Origin: Hydrurus foetidus
Lineage: Eukaryota
Length of the DNA: 59,079 nt
Direction of reading: 5' to 3'
Assembly (NCBI GenBank): GCA_900617105.1
Contig: UYFQ01000566.1
Coordinates: 1 to 59,079 of the forward strand
Part shown: positions 1 through 23,958 of the stretch, piece after piece
Numbering within the stretch: position 1 is the first letter of the stretch
Layout: each line of letters opens with the position of its first letter
Made by a program: the position numbers and the translations under genes
The notes under the pieces: model-generated
What the model saw: the letters and a program-made list of their open reading frames with translations, nothing else
Told to the model about the DNA's origin: nothing
Databases searched by the model: none

Positions 1-587
1 ACAGTCGTTTTGTCATTACGACACCTAGGATGACCAATGGTCGCTGCTATAATCTTTTTCCGATGGTCAACTGAAACCTCATAGGAGAGAGTCGCATACC
101 CCTCCTTGCCCTTGTGGTTGGACCTCTGGTTAGCATGACATCTCTCCCACCGAATATGTACGCAATCAGTACTGCCCATGCATCCTGGTAAGCCCAACCT
201 TCCATATATTTCCAGGCAATTAGCAATTACTTCAGGAGTTGAAGGGGGATTGCAATATCTTGCAAAGTTCTCTCTCGCAAAGTACTCACAGAGTTTCTTG
301 AAGAACAATCTTAATACCTCAGCACTAATGCATGTCAACTCCTCCACTCCGTCAAAGCAGTAGCCTCTTCCAAGCACACGTAGAACCGATAAAATTTTAA
401 GCTCTAGAGGCGCAGCAGGGTTTCCAGCCGCGTCAGGACTCTCAGTGAATAACCCAGAAGCCCCAGTGGTATCGACAATCTGAAGGTAAATTGGGTATGG
501 AACCCTGAACCGCCGACGGAACAACTTCCCACCCTTCCTGTCAGTTGGATCATTGATTCTGTTGCTTTGTAGCATCCTACCCCATAG
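1..587 (-). pseudogene. 5'-truncated PIF/Harbinger DDE transposase fragment (runs off the left window edge)
   Basis: Not in the ORF track. Manual minus-strand translation is open from 587 to 1: LWGRML...KLFRRRFRVPY...PLELKILSVLRVLGRGYCFDGVEEL...YGRLGLPGCMGSTDCVHIRWERC...KGKEGYATLSYEVSVDH...GHPRCRNDKTT. It is collinear with the transposase at 4592-6070 (FRRRFSVPF, ELKVL, LGFPGAIGSVDCTH, GHPGSRNDKT). There is an in-frame TAG at 588-590 and no N-terminus or TIR. Confidence 0.9.
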
Positions 588-2155
588 CTATCGATTCCAT
601 TAGAAAAGAAATGCAACAGATGTGTGAGAAAGATGTGTGGGAAGGAGTGTTGATCAACTCACTAACACCATTACAACGTAACAACATCATAACCAGTAAT
701 ATGTTTTTAAAAGATAAGTATACTGCAGAAGGTAAATTCGATAAGTTAAAATCGAGATTAGTTGCAGGAGGTCATTTACAGGATAGAGATATTTACGATA
801 ATGGCTCATCACCTACGGTTAGTACCACTAGTGTGTTTATAATTGCTTCAATTGCTGCGAAAGAGAATAGATCATTAGCTACGATAGATTTTCCAGGAGC
901 ATTTTTAAATAGCGATATGCCACTAGAGGGTAGTCACACTGTGTTTATGAGATTGAATAAATATTTGACTGGAGTTTTGACGTCCATCGATAAATCATAT
1001 ATGAAATATGTTAATGATAAGGGCACATGCATTGTTAAATTAAAGAAAGCATTGTATGGATGTGTTGTATCTGCAAAATTGTGGTACGATAAAATTTCAC
1101 ATGACTTGTCCGTGTTAGGGTATACTGCTAATGCATATGACATGTGCGTATTCAATCGAACTGAAAATAACAGATCACAAACCACACTGATAATTCACGT
1201 TGATGATATGATGATATCATGTTACAGTGACAGATATGTTGATATGGTGATTGATGAAATCGAAATATCATATCCCGGACTAACAAAACATCGAGGAAAA
1301 ATACTCAATTATATAGCTATGACTTTTAACTTCGAGACAGCGGGACAAGTGAAGATAACTATGGAAGGGTTTATCAAAGAGCTGCTAGAAGACTGCAAAG
1401 AGATTTTAGGGGTGGCACCGACACCGGCCAAGCCGGATTTATTTGCGGTTAAACCGGATACCTCTAACTCACTACTAACCACTTCTGCTCGTGAGTTCTT
1501 TCATTCCATTACAGCGAAGCTGCTATACTTAAGCAAAAGAGCGAGGCCGGATATTTTGACGCCGGTAGCGTTCCAGACGAAGCGGGTGACGAAACCACAT
1601 GTGGACGACTTGAAAAAGCTGGAACGTACCATACAGTACGTACGCCACACTAGAGACCTTGGCCTCACACTACAGATAGAGGACCCCACCACCGTTACAT
1701 GCTATGTTGATGCTTCCTATGGAGTACATCACGACATGAAGAGTCACACAGGAAGCGCCATCACATTAGGGGAAGGCGTAGTGTATGCTAAGAGTTCAAC
1801 TCAAAAGCTAACCACGAAGTCAAGTACCGAAGCCGAGCTAGTAGGACTTAGCGACTCAGCAAACCATGTGCTATGGACCAGACTATTCCTCATCAATAAA
1901 GGATATGAAGACAGGAGCGCCATCATTTTTCAAGACAAGAAATCTACCATCCAACTGATTAGCAACGGTCGCTTCAACAGCGAACGTACGCGGCATATCG
2001 ATATCCGGTATTTCTTCCTACATGACCGGATAAAAGAACGCGAAATCACCATCAGTTACAAATCAACCAACGAGATGTTAGCAGACATGCTAACGAAACT
2101 CCTTCAAGGAGAGCAGTTCAGAGCTTTCCCCAACCAACTACTCAACACCACCTGA
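587..2155 (+). mobile_element. Ty1/Copia LTR retrotransposon pol fragment (RT + RNase H), 5'-truncated and probably decayed
   Basis: Copia motifs KSRLVAGG, IDFPGAFL, KLKKALYG, HVDD, CYVDASY, SSTEAELV, RTRHIDIRYFF and MLADMLTK. Gag, protease and integrase are absent. Apparent substitutions in conserved motifs (QDKKS for the usual DN; TKLL for TKPL). Confidence 0.92.
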
Positions 2156-3166
2156 GTATTCCAATCCATCAAATTTCTTCTACCTACGCTTTGCCAACAC
2201 CATTTCTGCTACCTGGGCCAACATCAACCCTATGTATTATATGAACCTGTTTTTATGAATCTGCAATTCCATCGAATTCTCTCTGCCCTACAACATCAAC
2301 CTCCAAGACCTGAACACTCAAGACACCTACACTCGAGCCTACACCACACATGGTCGAGACACATCAAGACGAAGACTCTAGAACCAACATTCCTACGATA
2401 AACTACTTCTGACCGCCAACTTTGCCAAAAACAAACTTCCTTCTATAGCCGACAATTCCAACCGCCAACTATTTCTACTGCCTACAAATTCCTACAGCCA
2501 ACTTCTACCACATTCTTTTCCGACTGAGACCGATTTTCAAGACACCGACGTAACATTCCGGAGCCATTGATGAAACTTTATTTATGATTAATATTGAATG
2601 AACATGTATGAATTAATTTAATGCTTTTGAAACAATAACTGAATAAACCTGTTTGAATTGAATACGATAACACATCATAGGGGTGTGTAGTAATATCAGT
2701 ATTATGTAGACTAGATATTCCGTATACGAATTGTGATTCTATTATCTGTATTTCATATTTGAACCACACGTACGGTGTTGCACCAGAGCAGTACCGTACT
2801 ACATACGATATGACGTATTTGATCTAGGATAGCCATCAACCTGTTGCGACAACTACAGACTACACTCGACTACTACTGCGTTGCAGCAGTGCTAATTAAC
2901 CCAAACTCGTAGCCGACAGCGAAACTTCTCTTCTGAGGCCAGTTCTTATGGTGAACGAGTTTACACCACCAAAAAAGGATACCATTTTTGAAAAGTACGC
3001 CTCGGTGCATACTTCATCAACTTTTGTTGTTTTCGACTGTTGTGGCACTTTCGATAACATGACGAAGAGTACCATTACTTCTCGAACTACTCTGCACATA
3101 GTTACACAGCACACCTAGAACTTCATCAATAAACCATCAAACGGATCACTCACTGTCGAGCTGAGT

Positions 3167-4575
3167 ATGTGGGACACATCACCTGTAGATCAGGCTGATG
3201 AGTACGGGAGAAATCTGCTCGCAAAAAAGAGATTTACCGACGTGGAAAAGTTCAACCTCTTGAGAGGAATATCGATTACGGTTGCAGGCATCAAGGCAAA
3301 CGGGAAATCCCGTCCATCAAGAGAAGAACTTGAGAACCTAATCCTTGGTTATTATCATGAACGACTCGTGTTGGACTTGGACAAACATTCTGCTGGTATT
3401 GCTGCTAATTTGACAGTCGATATCATGAAAAAACGCGTTCCCGGTGCAAGCAAGAAATTGTCGAAAAGGAAAGAGGAAGCAATTGAGAAAGCAGAAATCA
3501 AAGCTGCTAAGAAAAATATTGCTGCAGCTGATCCTGAGAATTTCACTGGCCTGGAATGCTACGAGTTATTCCAAGAGATTAAGTACGAGGCGAATAACAC
3601 TTTCAATCCAATTTGGGTTAAGTTGTTGAACAAGGATGGTAGCATCCCATCAGGGGTACAGCTCAATGACTTATTGGACAAAGTTAGAGAGGAGGCCTTC
3701 TCAGTGAAGGATGAACAGAGGAGAGTATATCTCGTTGCTACTCGGAAACGGACGGCATACAAGAAATCACTAAAGATTGAAGCATCAGCAGCAACTGAGA
3801 ATGAGACTGAAAACGAGATCGGAGAAGAGAAGACGGTAGGTCAAGCACTTTCGTTGCACTGTACAGTTAGACTCATCATCGCAGTAAGTACTCTTTTCAT
3901 GTAACATTTTCGAAGGAGGAACAAAATCCGAGGAAGACCTCCGTCAATTCGCCGAGCAATGTGCGAAAAATGCCCGAGGACTTCTTGCCAACTCACTTCC
4001 TGTCGTGGCTTGCAAACGGTCCAGCTGCAGATGATCAGCATCCGCTTTGGCTGCCTGATACTGGTCTAGCTTTGATGAAGCAGAAAGTGGACATATTGGA
4101 TTGTCCAGCGTCCTCAACATCACTGGGGAGAACATCAGCGTACAGCAGGAAGACACAGAGGTCGGATAAAACCTCCAATTCGTCGGCACTTGATTTGACT
4201 CAAGGTGATGAGGTGTCAAACGATTTACTAAGAGAGAGTGTGAAAAACTCTTCTCAGATAGTTTCGTTACTGAAGGGAGCAACTGATCCAGATCGTCAGA
4301 CAATTGATGCGTTAGTGCTCAATGCCCACAGAATGTACGAGTTGGACAGTAATGCGGCAAATAGGAGTGATTACATCAAAGCCCTACAGAGACAGAAGAA
4401 TATCTTAGAGCAAAGATCTGCCAGCTTCTCGGTTGTAAAGGAGGAGGCCCAAGAGTTTGATGACATTCATCTTCATGACGACTTCATTGATGATAATTTA
4501 TTTGATGGTAAGCATAGCCTCGACGATTCCTTCAGTCATGAGTCTTACGAGAAGGAAACTCCTACTAAACTTTAA
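3167..4575 (+). CDS. Harbinger partner (accessory) protein, ~442 aa, 2 exons (3167-3835, 3916-4575)
   Basis: A phase-0 GT-AG intron at 3836-3915 joins ORFs 3167-3904 and 3961-4575 in frame. It lies inside the TIRs, convergent with the transposase. It is homologous to the ORF at 58457. The true start could be slightly upstream. Confidence 0.8.
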
Positions 4576-4591
4576 GTAAAATTGCTTTTAT

Positions 4592-6070
4592 TTAAATCCA
4601 TTCAACCAAACTGTTATCAGAGCTGTAAATGTAATGATCAATTAGTTTCTTTCTGAAGTCAATGTAAGATGCGTCTTCTAAATCTTCTATATCCTCAACA
4701 ACTACTCTGCATATGTTTTCTGCTGCGAGCACCACATCAGCTGTAACTAATCTACCTCGCATCCTTAAACGCTCTCTACTTTCACGGATGTCAATATCGT
4801 CCTCATCTTCAGGAGTTTCCCAATTGGCAGGATCTTTCCATGCTATGTCCAAACCATCATGCACCAAATTCATATTGTGCAAAATTGAAGCAGCTACGAA
4901 AACATTGTCTACTTTATGTTGATGATGAAATAAAATGTTCGACTGCAATATGCGAAATCGGGCTTTCAGTCTACCAAAATAACATTCAACATCCTTTCTA
5001 ACACTCTCTAACCTACTCGACCAGCGCAGTTCACTCTGGTTCGTGCAAAACTTGATAGGGCATTGCATGATCCTCCACTTGGCATAACCATTGTCAGTGA
5101 TCAGGTACGGACCCCTCACTAACGACTCCGTTCCATCGGCCTTTGAGTTGAAGTGAAGGGGTTAAATGATATGACAGTCAAGGTATGGTATGGAGGCAGA
5201 GGTACTTGCCTTGAACAATTTGTATTCCACATCTTGCAATATCTTGTTATGTTTGAGATCCATGACTAGTTTGTCTGTCCTCACAATCGTCTTGTCATTC
5301 CTCGAACCTGGATGACCAGCTGAGATATGTAAACATCGCCCGGAATGGTTTACAGTAACTTCGTAAGCTACTGTAGCCTTTTTCTCCTTTCCCGAGTACG
5401 AGTTTTGAAAGAGTGCTGGACAGCGAAACCATCTGACGTGTGTGCAATCCACGCTACCAATTGCACCAGGGAAGCCTAATCGTGCATACACCGCTAAATT
5501 ATCTACAGCCTCAGCTGCAGTAGTCGGGTAATAGATCCATCGAGCTCTAAATACAGTAACAAACTTCTCCCAGAATTTGTGATAGAACAGCTGCATCGTC
5601 GAAATCGACATTCCACTCAATTCTGCAATGGCATCGAACGAACAGCCTTTGGCTGACATCCGGAGAGCTCCCAGCACTTTCAGCTCAAAAGGGACTCCGT
5701 CTGTACCCACGCAATCAACTGTTGTATCACCCATTTTCTTATCCCCAACTGTTATCCACTCCCTAGCCTCTGAAACGATTGATTTGAACATGGTGAAAGG
5801 GACAGAAAATCGCCTCCTAAACACTTTATTCTGAGGATGTCCCTCAATTTTGCAATCCCCCTTCTGAAGCATCGTCCACCAAGTTGAATTCGTGTATGAT
5901 GGGCGATCGAAGATTCTACGAGCAAGTTTGACTTTGGGAGCTGGTTGTTGGTTGTTCCGTTGGCGACGTTTTGAACTCAGCACAGCAGCGAACGCATTGG
6001 CTTCTTCGACAACTTGCAAACATGCAACTTGGAGTAGCTTGTCTAGTCCTATGTCGTCGCAGGAAGTCAT
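4592..6070 (-). CDS. PIF/Harbinger DDE transposase, ~469 aa, 2 exons (6070-5210, 5140-4592)
   Basis: Catalytic motifs GSVDCTH, LITDNGY and RKDVECYFGRLK, plus GSRNDKT and ILHNM. A 69-nt intron at 5141-5209 with donor AAG|GCAAGT removes an in-frame stop. Confidence 0.92.
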
Positions 6071-6664
6071 GCTATCTAGCTGTACAGATGTGCTGTGTCC
6101 GGATAATTGGTCGATAGTGTATACTTTTGCTCTCGGCAGCTGCAAAGTAAATGCGATATACTCTGACAAATCAGAGGATCAATAGTATGCATCCCTAACT
6201 TCGACAATTTTTGGCGAACCATAGTGAACGGATTTTTGCATGGTTTCCAGAAAGTATACCTCGGTGTGTACTTTTTGAGGTAAACTCGGCTGCCATAAGA
6301 ACTGGCCTGAGTCCAGACAGAGCGAGTGAAGCCGCATCGAAGAGTGCAGTGGGGAGCTTGTGACCAACCGTATGGGACATACGGCACGGCACACCTTTAA
6401 GTCCACTTTTCACAACAATCATGGACCAAGAAATTCAGTCCGATTTCTCAGGTGAATACAACTGAATTCACCAAAAATCGTCAAATTTTTGCTGGTCAAG
6501 AATGATCCTGGGAAGAGCTGGCTGGTACGACGGTCTCTACGGCATTTCCCAGATCATCGTCACGAAATCAGCCTCTCCAACAGCAACGTTACATGCACAA
6601 ATAATCGAGAAATCGCCGCAGTGGTTACAGAGATAAACTTTCACAGAAATACGACTATTTTGCC

Positions 6665-8688
6665 ATGGCTAGAATTGCTTTCGTTCTGATCCACCTCATC
6701 TTGGCAGTAGCAGGTATCTCACGCTTACGAACTAAGCCGCAACTGTTGGCTCCTCATAGCAAGACGGCCACAACCGTCATGACCGCATTGTAACACCAAC
6801 TTATGGCATTGTCTCAGGTCGCCAAACAAACTCAGCCCTTCTCAGCGCACAGGAAAATGACGGCTCGATGTCGCTCGTGAATACCCTCGACGACGCAAGT
6901 GCCTCCATCATTCAGCCAAGTAAGATATCGTTAGTAACATGAGTTTTGGTCGTGTCATTGGCCTTATCCGTTCTGTTTACATGACCCGTCAGACGAGAGA
7001 GACTTATTGAGGAGAGACAGCGAATCGGGGGTCTCCAATACTGCCAGTAAGTTAGAGAACGACGAAGAACATGAAGTTGTACTTATCCCCTCGAGTTCAG
7101 TATGTCAATAATGACTTCTAACATATTACATTGTTACACACCTTGCAACAGCTTCAATAATGCGGCTACAAACTGAGCCGACAAGTCCACCAACGGAGCC
7201 GACAAGTCCATCAACGGAGCCGACAAGTCCACCAACGAAGCCGACCCTCTCTCCGACAGAAGGTTGTGACTGCAGAGGGGGACATTATTGTGACGGTATC
7301 CGCTGCATGCCGTGTCCTCGAGGAACGTACTTTAGCCCGTATTCCGTACCCCCACACGGTTATTGCGCTGATTGTCCACCTGGGACCTCCTCTGAAGAGG
7401 GATCATCTCGTTGCACTAAGTGTGGCAAAAACAAAATCGCTTTTTATTCCCGCAGCACAGTTTGCGAATCGTGTCCATCGGAGATGTACACACTCGACAA
7501 CATCGTTTGTCTCCCTGGCACTGAGCCGACAAGTCCACCAAGGAAGCCGACCCCCTCTCCGACAGAAGGTTGTGACTGCAGAGGGGGTCATTATTGTGAC
7601 GGTATCCGCTGCGTGCCGTGTCTTCGAGGAACGTACTTTAGCCCGTATTCCGTACCCCCACACGGTTATTGCGCTGATTGTCCACCTGGGACCTCCTCTG
7701 AAGAGGGATCATCTCGTTGCACTAATTGTGGCGAAAACAAAATCGCTTTTCATTCCGGCAGCGCAGTTTGCGAATCTGTCCTGGAGATGTACACACTCGA
7801 CAACATCGTTTGTCTCCCTGGCCACAAGCCCACCGACGTCTCCCGACCACTCCGCCAAGTCCACCAAGGAGCGGTGCCCTGTCTCCGACCGAAGGTTGTG
7901 ACCTGCAGAGGGGGATCATTGCATTGTGACGGTATCCGAGCATGCCGAATGTCCTCGACGGAACGTCACTTTATCCCCCGACACCCCCACAGGCGCTGAT
8001 TGTCCACCTGGGACCTCCTCGTGAAGAGGGATCATCTCGTTGCACTAAGTGTGGCAAAAACAAAATGCGCTTGTTTATTCCCGCCGCACAGTTTTGCGAA
8101 TCGTGTCCATCGGAGATGTACACACTCGACAACATCGTTTGTCTCCCTGGCACTGGTCCGACAAGTCCATCAAGGAAGCCGACCCCCTCTCCGACAGAAG
8201 GTTGTGACTGCAGAGGGGGTCATTATTGTGACGGTATCCGCTGCGTGCCGTGTCTTCGAGGAACGTACTTTAGCCCGTATTCCGTACCCCCACACTGTTA
8301 TTGCGCTGATTGTCCACCTGGGACCTCCTCTGAAGAGGGATCATCTCGTTGCACTAATTGTGGCGAAAACAAAATCGCTTTTCATTCCGGCAGCGCAGTT
8401 TGCGAATCGTGCCCATCGGAGATGTACACACTCGACAACATCGTTTGTCTCCCTGGCACTGAGCCGACAAGTCCACCAACGGAGCCAACAAATCCTCCCA
8501 CACGTTTACCTACACATCTTCCTACGAAATCTCCGACAAACCCTCCCACACGTCTACCTTCCAAGCTCCCCCCTTCTTCTCCTTCATGTGGCAAGCCCAC
8601 TAAGAAACCTTCGAAAGCCCAAACCAAGACACGTCCCTACGAAGACAAACCCTCCACGGACGTCTTGGCGTACACGTTTCCATCTTGA
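6665..8688 (+). CDS. Secreted/surface protein with four Cys-rich (TNFR/ephrin-receptor-like CxxCPxGT) repeats and Pro/Thr-rich linkers; frameshifted as assembled
   Basis: Signal peptide MARIAFVLIHLILAVA. Exons 6665-6713, 6818-6919, 6993-7046 and 7152 onward are joined by three phase-1 GT-AG introns. Repeats CDCRGGHYCDGIRC.PC..GTY...CADCPPGTS...C..C. EPTSPP and PTxxPT mucin-like stalks. Frameshifts occur around 7780-8100. Confidence 0.75.
7223..8470 (+). repeat. Tandem ~306-bp repeat x4 (coding)
   Basis: The anchor GAAGGTTGTGAC recurs at 7259, 7565, 7891 and 8197. Copies 1, 2 and 4 are near-identical, and copy 3 is indel-rich. Confidence 0.95.
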
Positions 8689-9996
8689 TGTACACGTATC
8701 ACATGATCTGTGTAACGTCTTCCTATCTGACTCCCACACGACCTTGGACAAACCCTGCCAGCCTTCACATCTTCCTACTCACAAACCCTCCCACACGTTT
8801 ACCTTCACATCTTCCTACGAAATCTGGACAAACCCTCCCACACACCTTCACAGAAATCTCCGACAAATCCCACACGTTACCTTCAATCTTCCTACCAGAC
8901 AAATCCCACACGTTCAAAAACAGAAAACCCTTTACCTCCACTTTCTACTACCTTCACTTAGACTGACAAACTGTAACTCATGGACAGATATCTTAGAACT
9001 TTTACCATATTATACCTGCTTAACTCCTCATGAAGATATCTAGTTACCTGGGTGACAAGCGAAAATAAGATTTTATACCAGACACATTCTACATCATTGA
9101 ATATATTACGTTATAATTTATAGCCCTTACGATCTTTTCCCACAACATGATCTGTAGATTACCTTTCCCTTCTACTGAAGTTGACCACCGACAGTCCCTT
9201 TCTTTCAACGGAATAACTTACATATACATATGATCCATTTCACACCGAAAATGAACAGCAGCACTGTTGTTGCAATGTAATTCTCATGTGAAACTAACTT
9301 AACCAACATTTTCCTTTTCAACTAAGCTCTTGTCCACTTCTAACTTCAACCTCAACTTGAGACCGATCAGTCCTACTCGTTATTCAAGAAGCGTCTCATC
9401 TGTGATTGAAGATGAGATATCGCACTTTACGAAGTCAACGGATGTTACAAGTCATACTGCTCAATGCTGGACACGAAATGGCATCCTGCTGGGCGATAAT
9501 GTTCGGAATGGGTTGGGTTTCTTTTCACGATACAGGATATACGATATACTACAGCAGTGGGCAACGAAACGCGTGGTAGCCGAACCCGGGAACCCCCATA
9601 ACTTTCCCAATATTGTTTCAGATACATTTTTGAAAAAGTTGTAACTAGCAGCCCGTAGAGTTCTGAAGGCAATCGAGGAATCTTTCCCGAAGGAAAATGG
9701 CACCAATATAAACTGTAGTAGAAATTTATTAGTGAAAGTAAATTCTGCAGGAACGAGAAAGAGTGAACGCTACCGCTACGTGTTTTGTGTTTTGTGTTCT
9801 GTGTTTTGTGTTTTGTTGGACGCAGGCTGGCAGTAACAGAATTTGAGGCACGAAAGTAACTCAATTGAAAGCAGATGTTAACCATTGAATCCAGCAACAA
9901 AAAGACAAAAAAAATCACATGAATTTTTCGGAACACACGTTACAGTCTGAAACAAAGTAAGTCTTACGATACGGCATGAAATTCTAATCACATTTT

Positions 9997-23492
<13,496 letters not shown>

Positions 23493-23958
23493 CTCAAGCC
23501 GGATTCGATAGTTTCGGAGTCAACGCAGAACGAATTCTAGATTAGGATAGAAGACAATGACAACGATCGATCCAGAACCGAATATCGAGCTGAATTCATT
23601 GACTGATGGGGCTGTTCTTATGATGGTTTTACAGTAAGTGAGGCATGAGCTGAAACTGAAGCGTGTGATGCTTGATGTGAAGTAAACGACGCAGTTATAT
23701 GTATTTCTAGTTAGACATCACAAGAAACATCCGTTTATATCGTATTCTGTATTCAGAGTACGAAAGTCATCCATCGATTGTCGATTACAAGATGGCGGTA
23801 GCGGGTAGCGGGTAGCATTGATAATTTGTACTACAGTAGGGTACGTTGGTAGCATCGTTACATAATTACCCCGCAGAACAATTGTCGCAGAGGCAGCACT
23901 ACCAGTTATTTGAAGACCGAAACTCCGCACTCTCTTTTGAAAATTGAGAGCTGAGAAA

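Larger units (their letters stand above)
2937..6307. mobile_element. Complete PIF/Harbinger DNA transposon (3371 bp)
   Basis: TIRs GGCCAGTTCTTATGG-N4-CGAGTTTAC at 2937-2964 and 6280-6307 (24/28 identical). 3-bp TSD TGA at 2934-2936 and 6308-6310. Two convergent genes inside. A subterminal imperfect palindrome AAGTAYRCCTCGGTGYRTACTT occurs near both ends (about 2993-3014 and 6252-6273). Confidence 0.95.
2686..6417 (+). repeat. Probable Copia 3' LTR (2686-2936 + 6311-6417), split by the Harbinger insertion
   Basis: A PPT-like AGGGGTG (2679-2685) is followed by TGTAG at 2686. After the Harbinger the sequence ends in ...TCACAACA at 6417, giving TG...CA and about 360 bp when rejoined. No 5' LTR is available to confirm. 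Confidence 0.6.

Noticed and set aside
7266..9043. Alternative-frame ORFs (211 aa, 347 aa) in the repeat gene
   Set aside because: They are off-frame readings of the tandem Cys-rich repeat.
9330..9960. Short ORFs, a (TGTTTTG)n run and a possible MITE
   Set aside because: I could not pair any TIRs or TSD, and the ORFs show no protein motifs.
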